64,000 bases of DNA from Clostridia bacterium. GTDB lineage: Bacteria > Bacillota > Clostridia > UBA1212 > DUPL01. A program made the translations under genes and the position numbers. Position 1 is the stretch's first letter. The number at the start of each line of letters is the position of its first letter. Shown piece after piece: positions 63,447 through 64,000 of this stretch. The notes under the pieces were generated by a model. The model saw nothing but the letters and a program-made list of their open reading frames with translations, had not been told where the DNA came from and did not search any database. The stretch lies in assembly GCA_050951325.1 (NCBI GenBank), contig JBMNIW010000001.1, forward strand, positions 224,001-288,000, given 5' to 3'.

Positions 63447-64000
63447 TCATAGACAACAAGCTGTATCTTTGTCATAAGTTCGGTACCTGGCAGAAGAACG
63501 CAGAAACTTTCACACCGGATTGCTACTGTGAAGCAGAAAAAGGCAGAACGGAATACATATATAGAATCAACTTTTCAGTACAAGACTCCATGCCGTATCA
63601 TAACATAAAATACAAGTGGACTGCTTGTTTCATAGGAGCAAGAGTCTCTTCGCCCCATGGAGATGAAGCAAACCCATTGCATAAAGACTGCGGCTTTTAC
63701 ATAGCTATAGGCGACAGCAATAAAGCTGTAATATACCACGGCAAGGAGAGAACCTGGCCTCATGGCTGTTGTACAGTAAAACTTCCTGAAAACTTTTCAA
63801 CACCGCATACATTAATAGTAACTGATGACGGTGAAACTATTACCTATTCCATGATACTTTCCACAGGAGAAGAGAGAAATATTCTCAAAGCTTGCCTATC
63901 GGGCGAAGATATTCTTGTTTACGACAGCGGAAACAATCTTGTGTACAAGGAAAAAAACAATCTCAGAAACCGCAAGGGTGGCTACTTCAAGGTATTCAAC
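63326..64000 (+). CDS. Paralogue B3 without signal peptide (runs off window end)
   Basis: Manual translation, open for 225 codons: MSENSNSG...IFRF...KLYL...WTACFIGARV...CGFYIAI..SNKAVIYHG..WPHG...NNLRNRKGGYFKVFN. Confidence 0.8.
   Translation, partial: MSENSNSGYILYVSNAKSDTSQIINISKPQEIFRFRHAHAFIDNKLYLCHKFGTWQKNAETFTPDCYCEAEKGRTEYIYRINFSVQDSMPYHNIKYKWTACFIGARVSSPHGDEANPLHKDCGFYIAIGDSNKAVIYHGKERTWPHGCCTVKLPENFSTPHTLIVTDDGETITYSMILSTGEERNILKACLSGEDILVYDSGNNLVYKEKNNLRNRKGGYFKVFN

Overview
Chromosomal window from a low-GC Clostridia-type Firmicute. In order: a partial serpin lipoprotein gene; a trpEGDCFBA operon with a Trp T-box leader carrying an extra antiterminator/terminator module, and a TrpG lacking its catalytic Cys; URO-D-family, tandem hemerythrin and radical SAM genes; a degraded type IC restriction-modification locus; a RIC-like/P1B-ATPase/HMA operon with an FNR-like box; assorted metabolic and transport genes. 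An ~11.8 kb tyrosine-integrase element (26158-37948) carries a tRNA-Ser(GGA)-derived attachment site but sits inside an ABC-transporter gene, which precise excision would restore in frame. Its intact cargo includes an HTH + ImmA/IrrE peptidase + PIN-like three-gene operon (candidate defence/TA system) and an IS21. The last ~22 kb is a carbohydrate-utilisation region (GH2, GH29, two AraC regulators, three paralogous GH99/71-like surface proteins, three paralogues of an unknown domain with different anchors) with two IS1634 elements, one flanked by a diverged 252-bp direct repeat. All family calls are from motif recognition by eye; no searches were run.
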